Below, one piece after another: positions 52,615 through 64,000 of a stretch of 64,000 nt of DNA (positions are counted from its first letter, which is position 1; each line of letters opens with the position of its first letter). This DNA is from an uncultured Deinococcaceae bacterium (lineage in GTDB: Bacteria > Deinococcota > Deinococci > Deinococcales > Deinococcaceae): contig CAXULY010000001.1 in assembly GCA_964252075.1 (NCBI GenBank), positions 279,787 through 343,786 on the forward strand, in the 5' to 3' direction. The translations under genes and the position numbers were made by a program. The notes below the pieces were generated by a model. It saw only the letters and a program-made list of their open reading frames with translations, made no database searches and was not told the origin of the DNA.

Positions 52615-52818
52615 ATGCCGGATCACCTCGCCGAACTCCTGTCCGCCGAACCGTACCGCGTGAGCGTCGCCATGCGGCGCCTCGGCAGTCACTTCTACCG
52701 CGCGCTCGCGGACGCGCTCGACCGCGCGGACGCCCGCAACCGCCGCCTGCTGCTGGAAACCTGGGCGGAACCCATCTGGGCGCTGTACGACCGGGGCCGC
52801 GACCTGCCGGACGAGTGA
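52615..52818 (+). CDS. Small hypothetical protein (67 aa)
   Basis: Host-like codon usage; helical G.HFYRALADAL.RAD..N pattern. Confidence 0.6.
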   Translation: MPDHLAELLSAEPYRVSVAMRRLGSHFYRALADALDRADARNRRLLLETWAEPIWALYDRGRDLPDE

Positions 52819-52853
52819 CGGCCGGCGGGCGCAAAGCGAGTAGACTCGGCCTC

Positions 52854-53681
52854 ATGAATCCCACGCCCACCCTGCTGGCGGTGTTCGCGCACCCCGATGA
52901 CGAAGCCTTCTCGAGCGGCGGCACCCTCGCGCATTACGCTTCGCTGGGCGTGAAGGTCGTGCTGGCCTGCGCCACGCGCGGCGAGGCGGGCAAGATCACG
53001 GACCCCAACCTGAAAGGCATCGAGGACCTCGGGCGCCAGCGCGAGCAGGAACTCAAGGACGCCTGCCGCGCCCTCGGCATTCCGGACCCGGTGTTCCTGG
53101 ACTTCCATGACAGTGGCCGCGCGGAGCGCACGCGCTTCAACGACCCGAAGGCCCTCATGAACGTGGACCCGCTGGATGTGGAGCCCCGCATCCGCGCGCT
53201 CATTGAGGAGCACGCCCCGCAGGTGATGCTGACCTTCGACCCGCATGGCGGGTACGGGCACATCGATCACCTCGTGATTCACCGCGCGGCCACCGCCGCG
53301 TTCTTCTCCACCGGACACCTCCCCCAGCCGCCGCAGCGCCTGTACTTCACGGCGCTGAGCAGCGAGGCCGCGCAGGGCCTCGCGCGCTTCAACCCCGGCA
53401 ACGACCCCCTGGTGTACGGCGTGTCGGAAGGCACGGTCGCGGTGCGGCTGGACGTGAGCGCGTACGGGGAGCGCAAGCAGGAGGCGCTGCGCGCGCACGG
53501 CACGCAGACCGGGCCGGAGAGCCGCATGGCGCAGGCGGACCCCGCCGAGCGCGAGGTGTTCATGCGGCGCCTGATCGGCACGGAGACCTTCTCCATCGGC
53601 GGCACGCGCACCGGCATCCTGCGCTACCCGCTGCGCGGCTTCTTCGACGGCCTGGAAGGCTTCGAGGGCATCGACATCTGA
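52854..53681 (+). CDS. PIG-L/LmbE family deacetylase
   Basis: [20 protein letters not shown] and AHGTQ motifs. Confidence 0.9.
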   Translation: MNPTPTLLAVFAHPDDEAFSSGGTLAHYASLGVKVVLACATRGEAGKITDPNLKGIEDLGRQREQELKDACRALGIPDPVFLDFHDSGRAERTRFNDPKALMNVDPLDVEPRIRALIEEHAPQVMLTFDPHGGYGHIDHLVIHRAATAAFFSTGHLPQPPQRLYFTALSSEAAQGLARFNPGNDPLVYGVSEGTVAVRLDVSAYGERKQEALRAHGTQTGPESRMAQADPAEREVFMRRLIGTETFSIGGTRTGILRYPLRGFFDGLEGFEGIDI

Positions 53682-53740
53682 GGCCGGACGCCGCCGGAAG
53701 TCACGGTTTTCCCGCGCCCAGTGCGCGAGAATGGGGGCTG

Positions 53741-54031
53741 ATGGCGTCGTCAACACCCATGTGCGAGCTGTGCGGGCGCGCGGTGCCCCGCGTCACCGAA
53801 CACCACCTCGTGCCGCGCTCCCAGGGGCGCCGCCGTGGCCTCAAGGTGCAGGCCCTCCCGACCGCGTGGCTGTGCCCCGCGTGCCACAAGACCCTGCACC
53901 GCCTGTTCACGAACGATGAGCTGGCGCGCGAGTACGGCAGCCTGGAAGCGCTGCAGGGCCACGAGGACGTGCAGCGCTTCGTGAAGTGGGTGCAGAAGCA
54001 GCCGGGCAGCAAGGGCGTGCGCGTGCGCTGA
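53741..54031 (+). CDS. Small HNH-like Zn-binding protein (YisB-like)
   Basis: CELC...TEHHLVPR...[10 protein letters not shown]. Confidence 0.75.
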   Translation: MASSTPMCELCGRAVPRVTEHHLVPRSQGRRRGLKVQALPTAWLCPACHKTLHRLFTNDELAREYGSLEALQGHEDVQRFVKWVQKQPGSKGVRVR

Positions 54032-54076
54032 CCGGATGAGGAGGGGTAGGCGGTGAGCCGCCCACCCGTACCTCAG

Positions 54077-56203
<2,127 letters not shown>

Positions 56204-56273
56204 TCACAGGATTCGCTATACTTTCCTTTGGGTTTTTCGGTCCCAAGCAATGTACGGTTCCAGGAGGAACATC

Positions 56274-57371
<1,098 letters not shown>

Positions 57372-57414
57372 GGCGGGACCACCGGAAGGACGCCCCACGC
57401 GTGGGGCGCCCTTC

Positions 57415-58440
57415 TCATTTGCGGTGCGCGCCGGGCGGGTACAGGATCAGCGCGAGCGGCAGGTTCGAGCCGCTCGCGGGCGTGAATTGCAGGTGCAGGT
57501 CACCGCGCGCGCGCCACAGGAACGCCACGGCGGCGGGGTCCGTGAGGCCCGCACCGGACCCGATCAGCACCTGCTGCTCGCGCGGTCCGTCCCGCACGCC
57601 CAGCAGGCCGCGGTACGCGCCGCCGCGCGGCGAGGCGGCCAGCACGCTGCCCGCGCTGCCCGTGAGCCGCAGGTCGTACAGCACGCCGTAATTGCCTGCC
57701 AGCCTCTGGGCGGCGCCCGTGAGGGCGTCCGTGCCGGTCAGGACGGGGTCGTCCTGACCGCCGAGCACCAGGCGCGCGGGCCGCTGCGTGACGTTCACGA
57801 GCAGGCTGCGGTTCGCGCCGGGGAAGGTGCCGCGCTGGTGCGTGCCGTCCGGCGGCAGGACCGGCAGCGCTTCCGGCGCGCGGCCTGGCGCCACGTCCGC
57901 GCCGAGCAGCACCACGCTGACCTCGGTGGGGGCGCCCGCCGTGAAATCCAGCATGGCGCTCACCACGGCGCCCGGCTGCACCGGGCCGGAATCGAACAGC
58001 ACCGCCCGGGCGCCCGGCGCGACGGCGCGCTCCGGCTGGGGTCGCGACGCGAAGTACCGCAGCAGGCTCTGCTGCCCCACCAGCGGGTCCGGTCCGCCCG
58101 TCACGCCGCCGCCGCGCCGCGTGACCGTGAGGGTCACGGGCGCGCCCCCCGGGTTGCGCGCGATGACCTGCACGCGCGCCACGCCCGCCGTGCCGTTCGC
58201 GTGGTACGCCAGCACGCGCGCGGCGCCATTCACGGTGTCGCGGTACAGCACGCCGCTGCGCGCGGGCGTCTCCGGGGAGTCGGAGAACAGCAGCGTCACG
58301 GGCGGCGCGGGCCGCACCTGCATGTCCAGCTGCGGGTACGTCAGGATGTGCGGGTCGCGCGGCAGCGCGGGCCCCACGAACTGCGCCGCGGCGCGCGCGC
58401 AGGCCAGCGCCAGCAGGGCCAGCAGGCGGCGCACGAGCAC
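57415..58440 (-). CDS. Secreted hypothetical protein
   Basis: Signal peptide RRLLALLALACARAAAQ; LLFSDSPE, HQRGTFP and GNYGVLY motifs; start estimated. Confidence 0.6.
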   Translation of the reverse strand: MLVRRLLALLALACARAAAQFVGPALPRDPHILTYPQLDMQVRPAPPVTLLFSDSPETPARSGVLYRDTVNGAARVLAYHANGTAGVARVQVIARNPGGAPVTLTVTRRGGGVTGGPDPLVGQQSLLRYFASRPQPERAVAPGARAVLFDSGPVQPGAVVSAMLDFTAGAPTEVSVVLLGADVAPGRAPEALPVLPPDGTHQRGTFPGANRSLLVNVTQRPARLVLGGQDDPVLTGTDALTGAAQRLAGNYGVLYDLRLTGSAGSVLAASPRGGAYRGLLGVRDGPREQQVLIGSGAGLTDPAAVAFLWRARGDLHLQFTPASGSNLPLALILYPPGAHRK

Positions 58441-58445
58441 CGGAT

Positions 58446-59303
58446 TCAGCGGAGCGTGACGGGCGCGGTGGGCGCCGCGGCGTCGGCGCGGTCGGCGGGC
58501 GTGAACCAGAAGCGCAGCAGGCGCGGCACCCACTCGGTCGCCATCAGGACCGTCACCGCGTAGCGCACGCCCGTCACGAGGCCCCCGTGCCGCAGGGACT
58601 CCGGCAGCACCCGGAACACCAGGTACGTCGCGAACACCAGCACGAGCCCCACGACCGCCACGCCAACGCGCGCGGGCCACGAGCGCGGCGCGCCGAACGC
58701 CCCGCGCGTGAACCAGAAGCCCGCCAGCAACCCCAGGCCCGGCGCGTAATCCGGCAGGGGCGTCGCCACCGCGAGCGCCAGCAGCGGCACCAGCCACCAG
58801 CCCCACCCCAGCTGCGGGTAACGCAGGCGCAGCAGCAACGCCACCGCCGCTGCGCCCAGCAGCCAGCCCACCAGCACGTCCGACGGGAAGTGCACGCCCA
58901 GCACCAGGCGCGACACGCCCACCAGGAACGTCACGATGACCGCCACCCACCAGAACCAGCGCCGCCCCACCTGCCACGCCGCGCCGCCCCACAGCGTCGC
59001 GATGATCTGCGCGTGCCCGCTCGGCAGGCCCGGCCCGCCCGCCGTCGCCTTCGCCGCGTCGGACGCCACCGCGGGGTCGCTGAAGAACGGGCGCGGCTCG
59101 TTCAGGCCGAGCTTCAGGACGGTGTTCAACAGGTAACTCACCGCGAAGGTGATGCCAAGCGCCCTGCCGCCCCGCGGGTTCACCAGCCAGTAGTACAGGG
59201 CGACCGTCACGATCAGCAGGTTGTCGGAACCCAGGCTGGTGATGCTGAGCCACAGGCGCTCCGGGCCGTCCAGCGCGGCATGCAAGGTATGAACGAGGTC
59301 CAT
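58446..59303 (-). CDS. PAP2 family phosphatase
   Basis: K-x6-RP, PSGH and SRLVLGVHFPSD motifs. Confidence 0.9.
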   Translation of the reverse strand: MDLVHTLHAALDGPERLWLSITSLGSDNLLIVTVALYYWLVNPRGGRALGITFAVSYLLNTVLKLGLNEPRPFFSDPAVASDAAKATAGGPGLPSGHAQIIATLWGGAAWQVGRRWFWWVAVIVTFLVGVSRLVLGVHFPSDVLVGWLLGAAAVALLLRLRYPQLGWGWWLVPLLALAVATPLPDYAPGLGLLAGFWFTRGAFGAPRSWPARVGVAVVGLVLVFATYLVFRVLPESLRHGGLVTGVRYAVTVLMATEWVPRLLRFWFTPADRADAAAPTAPVTLR

Positions 59304-59386
59304 GACCCCTCCAGTGTAACCAAATGCACGCTCGCCCGACTGGCAGGTGCACGGCGCGGTGCAGGCGGCGGCGCTACACTGACGGC

Positions 59387-61003
59387 ATGACGGTTTCCTC
59401 CTCGGTCGAGGGCGTGCTGCACGCGGGCCAGGCCCACCAGTCGCCGCTCGCCATCGAACTGCGCGGCATCACCAAGCGCTTCCCGCTGGTGCTCGCCAAC
59501 GACGACATCAGCCTGCAGGTGCGGTGGGGCAGCGTGCACGCCCTCGTCGGCGAGAACGGCGCGGGCAAAAGCACCCTGATGAAGATCATCTACGGGATGC
59601 AGCCGCCCACCAGCGGCGAGATCATCGTAGACGGACGCCCCGTGACGCTGCGCGACCCGAAGGAAGCCATCGCGCTCGGGATTGGCATGGTGCACCAGCA
59701 CTTCATGCTCGTGGAGCCCCTCACCGTCACGGACAACGTGATCCTCGGCGCGGAACCCGGCAGCGCCGCCCGCATCGATTACGGCCGCGCGCGGCGCCGC
59801 GTCGCGGAACTCATCAAGCAGTTCGGCTTCGACCTCGACCCGGACGCCAAGATCGAGGACCTCCCCGTGGGCCTCCAGCAGAAAGTGGAGATCCTCAAGA
59901 CGCTGTACCGTGGCGCGCGCCTCCTGATCCTCGACGAACCCACCGCCGTCCTCACGCCCGGCGAGACCGAAGAGCTCTTCGACTTCCTCAAGAACCAGTA
60001 CGCCAAGGCGGGCAACAGCGTGATCTTCATCTCGCACAAGCTGCACGAGGTGCTGGAGATCTCCGACACCATCAGCGTCATCCGCGACGGCCGCATGATC
60101 GGCACCATCCCCCGCGCGGGCGCCACCACCGAGACGCTCGCCCGCATGATGGTGGGCCGCGACGTGGTGCTGCGCGTCCGCAAGACCGAGGCGAAACCCC
60201 AGGACGTCGCGCTCGACGTGCGCGACGTGTGCGTGCAGAACGAGCACCGCAAGAACGTCGTGGACCACGTGAGCTTCAACGTCCGCGCGGGTGAGATCGT
60301 CGGCATTGCGGGCGTGGAGGGCAACGGGCAGAGTGAACTCGTGGAGGCCATCACGGGCCTCGCCGCCCTCCAGTCCGGTGAGATCCTGTACCAGGGCCAG
60401 CGCCTCGGCACCCGCAACGCCCGCACGGTGTCCGAAGCGGGCGTCTCGCACATCCCCGAGGACCGCAACGAGCGCGGCCTCGTGCTGGAGATGAGCACCG
60501 CCGAGAACTTCATTCTGGGCGAGCAGGACCGCCAGCCCTTCGCGGGCACCCTCGGCCTCCTGAACCTCCCCGAAATCCAGCGGAACGCCGCGAAACTCGC
60601 GGAGGACTACGACGTGCGCCCCCGCTCAACCAGCCTCGAAGCGCGCCGCTACTCCGGCGGGAACGCGCAGAAGATCGTCGTGGCGCGCGAGATGCGCAAG
60701 AACCCCAAGATCCTCGTGGCGAGCCAGCCCACGCGCGGCGTGGACATCGGCGCCATCGAGTTCATCCACAACCAGATCGTCGCGGCGCGCGACCAGGGCC
60801 TCGCGGTGCTCCTCGTGAGCGCCGACCTCGGCGAGGTCATGAACCTCGCGGACCGCATTCTCGTGATGTTCGAGGGCCGCGTGGTCGGCGAGGTGAACGC
60901 CAAGGACGCCACCGAAACGCAACTGGGCCTCATGATGGCGGGCGCAGGGCCAGGAGCGCACAGCAGCGCCCCGGACGGGGAGAAACCAAGTCAGGTGGAA
61001 TGA
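59387..61003 (+). CDS. ABC ATP-binding protein, tandem ATPase (nucleoside/CUT2 type)
   Basis: [25 protein letters not shown] and QPTRGVD motifs. Confidence 0.92.
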   Translation: MTVSSSVEGVLHAGQAHQSPLAIELRGITKRFPLVLANDDISLQVRWGSVHALVGENGAGKSTLMKIIYGMQPPTSGEIIVDGRPVTLRDPKEAIALGIGMVHQHFMLVEPLTVTDNVILGAEPGSAARIDYGRARRRVAELIKQFGFDLDPDAKIEDLPVGLQQKVEILKTLYRGARLLILDEPTAVLTPGETEELFDFLKNQYAKAGNSVIFISHKLHEVLEISDTISVIRDGRMIGTIPRAGATTETLARMMVGRDVVLRVRKTEAKPQDVALDVRDVCVQNEHRKNVVDHVSFNVRAGEIVGIAGVEGNGQSELVEAITGLAALQSGEILYQGQRLGTRNARTVSEAGVSHIPEDRNERGLVLEMSTAENFILGEQDRQPFAGTLGLLNLPEIQRNAAKLAEDYDVRPRSTSLEARRYSGGNAQKIVVAREMRKNPKILVASQPTRGVDIGAIEFIHNQIVAARDQGLAVLLVSADLGEVMNLADRILVMFEGRVVGEVNAKDATETQLGLMMAGAGPGAHSSAPDGEKPSQVE

Positions 61004-61087
61004 ATTGAGGGGGAGGCCACAGGCCTCCCCCTCCCTTTTCCTGAGCGTTCCGTCACTGTGCGGGGGCTTCGACCCGAGCTCCTCACA

Positions 61088-61708
61088 TCAGGGGGCGTAG
61101 GTCCAGACAGTCGGCGCGCCTGCGGCGCTCGTGAGTGTACTGTTGGTCCCCGCGATCTGCACATGAACGACATTCCAGCCGGTCTTCAAGGTGAAGTTCA
61201 GGGTGGTGCTGAAGCTCCCGTTGCAGGACTGACTGCCACTGAACGACACTGGCCGGTCTGCGTACCACAGGGAGTCCACGTTCGCCTGATCTGCGCCAGA
61301 GTAAATCGCGCCAGCGTGGTTCCCAGCGATGATGACATTGATCGCGCGGATGCTCGCGATGTTCGCGTTCAAATCACTGGCGGTCAACGTGCCGGTACAA
61401 ATCGTTCCAGTGGGTGGGGTCAGTGAATCACCCGCGCGCATGAGGGCCGGCGCGATCTGGGTGGCTGTCGGCAGGGTCACGGTGACGGTGCCGTCAGGGG
61501 CGACGGACCCCGAGCCCACCTGGGCGCCGCCGCTCAGGTCCTCGGTCCGCAATTCCAGCGTGGCTTCGCCTTTGTTCCACCCAGTAACCTTGCCACTGAG
61601 GGTGGTGAGGCTGGAGGTGGAGTCGGGGGGAGTGCTGGTCTGGGTGCTGGTGCTTCCGCAGGCGGCGAGCAGCAGGGCGGCGGTGGAAAGCAGAATGGCG
61701 TTTTTCAC
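61088..61708 (-). CDS. Putative lipoprotein
   Basis: VKNAILLSTAALLLAA|CG lipobox; Thr/Ser-rich beta domain ending LKTGWN. Confidence 0.75.
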   Translation of the reverse strand: MKNAILLSTAALLLAACGSTSTQTSTPPDSTSSLTTLSGKVTGWNKGEATLELRTEDLSGGAQVGSGSVAPDGTVTVTLPTATQIAPALMRAGDSLTPPTGTICTGTLTASDLNANIASIRAINVIIAGNHAGAIYSGADQANVDSLWYADRPVSFSGSQSCNGSFSTTLNFTLKTGWNVVHVQIAGTNSTLTSAAGAPTVWTYAP

Positions 61709-61771
61709 GACTTCCGTAATGTACCAGCGCACCGCTTCACGTTGAGCGTCATTGTGGCGATAGTGGTGCGT

Positions 61772-62506
61772 ATGCGCCTTGTCATCTTCTCGGACGTTCA
61801 TGGGAACCTGCCGGCCCTGGAAGCAATGCTGGGAGATGCGCGGCCCTTCAGCCCGGATGCCTTCCTGTGTTTGGGGGACGTGGCGGCGATGGGGGCGTGG
61901 CCGCGTGAGTCCCTGGATGCGGTGCGCTCGCTGGGTTGCCCGGTGGTGATGGGGAACGCGGACGAGGACCTGCTCAGCCCGCGCGCCTTCACGCCGCGCG
62001 GCTTCCCGGACGAGCAGGAAATCCACGATCTGGACACCTGGGCGCGCGAACAGCTGACTCCGGACGACCTGGCCTTCGTGCGGACTTTCCAGCCGACGGT
62101 GGAGCTGGATGTAGGTGGGGTGCGGCTGCTGGCGTTTCACGGGAGCCCGGCGGGGAACCGCGATGAGGTGGGGGCGGAAACCCCGGAGCAGCGCCTGGGG
62201 GACCTGCGGCGCGCGCATGGAGGGCAGGGGTGGTGGGTGGGGGGGCACACGCACCGTCCGCTGCTGCGCACGCTGGATGGGTGGTCCCTGCTGAATCCCG
62301 GCGCGGTGGGTCTGGCGTTCGAGCAGCGCGGGGGGCGTTTCGTGAATGTGGCGCGCGCGGAGTACCTGCTGATGGACGTGGTGCGCGGTGCGGTGTCGCT
62401 GTCGTACCGGCGCGCGCCGTTCGATGTGCGCGCCGTGCAGGGCGCCATCCGCGCGCGTGGGTTGCCGCACGCGGAGTGGTGGGCGAACGAGTGGGTGGGG
62501 AGTTGA
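61772..62506 (+). CDS. Metallophosphoesterase (YfcE-like)
   Basis: SDVHGN, LGD, MGNAD, HGSP, GHTH and NPGAVG motifs. Confidence 0.88.
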   Translation: MRLVIFSDVHGNLPALEAMLGDARPFSPDAFLCLGDVAAMGAWPRESLDAVRSLGCPVVMGNADEDLLSPRAFTPRGFPDEQEIHDLDTWAREQLTPDDLAFVRTFQPTVELDVGGVRLLAFHGSPAGNRDEVGAETPEQRLGDLRRAHGGQGWWVGGHTHRPLLRTLDGWSLLNPGAVGLAFEQRGGRFVNVARAEYLLMDVVRGAVSLSYRRAPFDVRAVQGAIRARGLPHAEWWANEWVGS

Positions 62507-62534
62507 GTGCCGCAGCGGCCCGTCACGCTTCATA

Positions 62535-63254
62535 ATGGCCCGCGTGAGCATTCACCTGAACGCCCCAGAGGGCCAGATCGCCCCGACCGTCCTGCTGCCC
62601 GGCGACCCGTTGCGCGCGCAGCACATCGCGCAGACGTTCTTCGAGAACCCCGTGCAGCACAACTCCGTGCGCGGCATGCTGGGCTTCACGGGCACCTACA
62701 AGGGCAAGCCGGTGTCGGTGCAGGGCACGGGCATGGGCATTCCGAGCGTCTCCATCTACGCGACGGAACTCATGAAGGATTACGGCTGCACGACGCTGGT
62801 GCGCGTGGGCACGTGCGGGAGCTTCCAGGAGCGCGTGCGTGTGCGGGACGTGGTGCTGGCGCAGGCGAGCAGCACGGACAGCTCGCTGAACAAGATGCGC
62901 TTCTCCGGGCGGGATTTCGCGCCCGTGGCGGATTTCGGGCTGCTGATGCGGGCGTACCAGGCGGCGGTCGCGCACGGCCTCACGCCGCACGTGGGGAACG
63001 TGCTGTCAAGCGACAACTTCTACAACGACGACCCGGAGGAGTTCCGCATCTGGCCGCGTTTCGGGGTGCTGGCGGTGGAGATGGAGGCGGCGGGCCTGTA
63101 CACCCTCGCGGCGAAGTACGGGGCGCGCGCCCTCACGGTCCTGACGGTCAGTGATCACCTCATCACGCACGAGGTGACGACGGCGGAGGAGCGGCAGACG
63201 ACCTTCAACGCCATGATTGAGGTGGCGCTGGAAGCGGCCCTCGCGGACCAGTAA
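62535..63254 (+). CDS. deoD: Purine-nucleoside phosphorylase
   Basis: PGDPLRA, GMGIPS, RVGTCG and AVEME motifs. Confidence 0.94.
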   Translation: MARVSIHLNAPEGQIAPTVLLPGDPLRAQHIAQTFFENPVQHNSVRGMLGFTGTYKGKPVSVQGTGMGIPSVSIYATELMKDYGCTTLVRVGTCGSFQERVRVRDVVLAQASSTDSSLNKMRFSGRDFAPVADFGLLMRAYQAAVAHGLTPHVGNVLSSDNFYNDDPEEFRIWPRFGVLAVEMEAAGLYTLAAKYGARALTVLTVSDHLITHEVTTAEERQTTFNAMIEVALEAALADQ

Positions 63255-63306
63255 GCGGAAGTGAGAGGGGCGGGGCCGAGATCGGCCCCGCCCCTTTTCA
63301 CGGCGG

Positions 63307-64000
63307 TTACAGCTCCCGGCGCAGGCGCGCGATGAAGAAGCCGTCGAGGCCGCCCGTGGGGATGGTGCGGCGGCCCGGCCCGGCGGGAATGGCGACCACG
63401 TCGATTTCGGGGAGCGGCTCGGGGCGGAAGTCGCGGTGCGCCTTCAGGAAATCCGCGAGCACGCCGGGCCCTTCGGCGTTCGTGACGCTGCACACGCTGT
63501 ACACGAGGACGCCGCCTGGCATGGTGAGTTTCGCGGCGGTGTCCAGCATGCGGCGTTGCAGGGCGGCGAGGTCATCCACGCTGTCGGGTTGCAGGCGCAA
63601 CTTGATTTCCGGGTGCGCGCGCAGGGTGCCCGTGCCGGTGCAGGGGGCGTCCAGCAACACCATCGGGGACGGGCGCAGGGTGGTGGGCTGGCTGAGGTCC
63701 GCTTCCACGAAGGTGGCGGTCAGCCCGAGGCGCGCGAGGTTCGCGCTGGCCGCGCGGTGCTTGCGCGCGTCGATGTCCACGCTCGTGACTTCCGCGCCGC
63801 GCGCGGCGAGCATGGCGGCCTTCACGCCGCCGCCGCCCGCGAGGTCCAGCACGGGGGCGCCCTGCACCGGCCCGAGGGCCTGCACGCACGCGAAGCTGGC
63901 GGGGTTGATGGGTTGCGCGCGGCCTTCTCGGTACGCGGCCGTCTCGCGCAGTGGGCGCTCGAGGTTCACGCGATACACCTCGCCGTAGCCGCCGCGCACC
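63307..64000 (-). CDS. RsmB/NOL1 family rRNA m5C methyltransferase, 5' end outside the window
   Basis: LDAPCTGTG, LVYSVCS and DGFFIA motifs. Confidence 0.88.
   Translation of the reverse strand, partial: VRGGYGEVYRVNLERPLRETAAYREGRAQPINPASFACVQALGPVQGAPVLDLAGGGGVKAAMLAARGAEVTSVDIDARKHRAASANLARLGLTATFVEADLSQPTTLRPSPMVLLDAPCTGTGTLRAHPEIKLRLQPDSVDDLAALQRRMLDTAAKLTMPGGVLVYSVCSVTNAEGPGVLADFLKAHRDFRPEPLPEIDVVAIPAGPGRRTIPTGGLDGFFIARLRREL

Noticed and set aside
53741..54031. HNH protein as a homing endonuclease or toxin
   Set aside because: It resembles a small stand-alone conserved family; there is no intron or intein context, immunity gene or delivery domain.
57415..59352. 645-aa ORF overlapping PAP2 on the same strand
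   Set aside because: The upstream part is an alternative frame of the PAP2 gene; a signal peptide appears only from about 58440.
61088..62551. 487-aa ORF suggesting a fusion protein
   Set aside because: The N-terminal part is antisense to the metallophosphoesterase; the real lipoprotein starts at 61708.

Overview
High-GC bacterial chromosomal segment, most likely Deinococcus or a close relative (inferred from gene content, codon bias and many leaderless-style TAnnnT-N6/7-start promoters). It is mostly housekeeping and metabolic DNA: tsaB, alaX-like, xth, purH, a divergent folD-like gene, msrA, msrB, glgC, arsB, typA, truD, a trehalose/maltose-type ABC operon, pheA, tRNA-Val(TAC), pyrD, pyrR-pyrB-pyrC, hsp20, ligA, nucleoside ABC components, deoD and a partial rsmB-family gene. 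Non-coding signals read directly from the sequence include a ZTP (pfl) riboswitch before purH, a PyrR attenuator, a HAIR-like box at hsp20, a FadR-like palindrome, a perfect 9-4-9 palindrome over a leaderless start codon, and many hairpin terminators. I saw no CRISPR array, IS element, integrase or prophage. The best candidate for an undescribed system is a closely linked MoxR AAA+ / HExxH-vWA / 26-aa-repeat solenoid operon (12943-16353). Other notable items are a Fe-S membrane oxidoreductase with a disordered tail carrying eight K-x(0,1)-W-x-P-K/R motifs, a riboswitch-controlled FolD variant with altered catalytic motifs, a frameshifted GNAT-like gene and a cryptic lytic-transglycosylase-like protein. 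All family assignments come from motif recognition by eye; no database searches were run.
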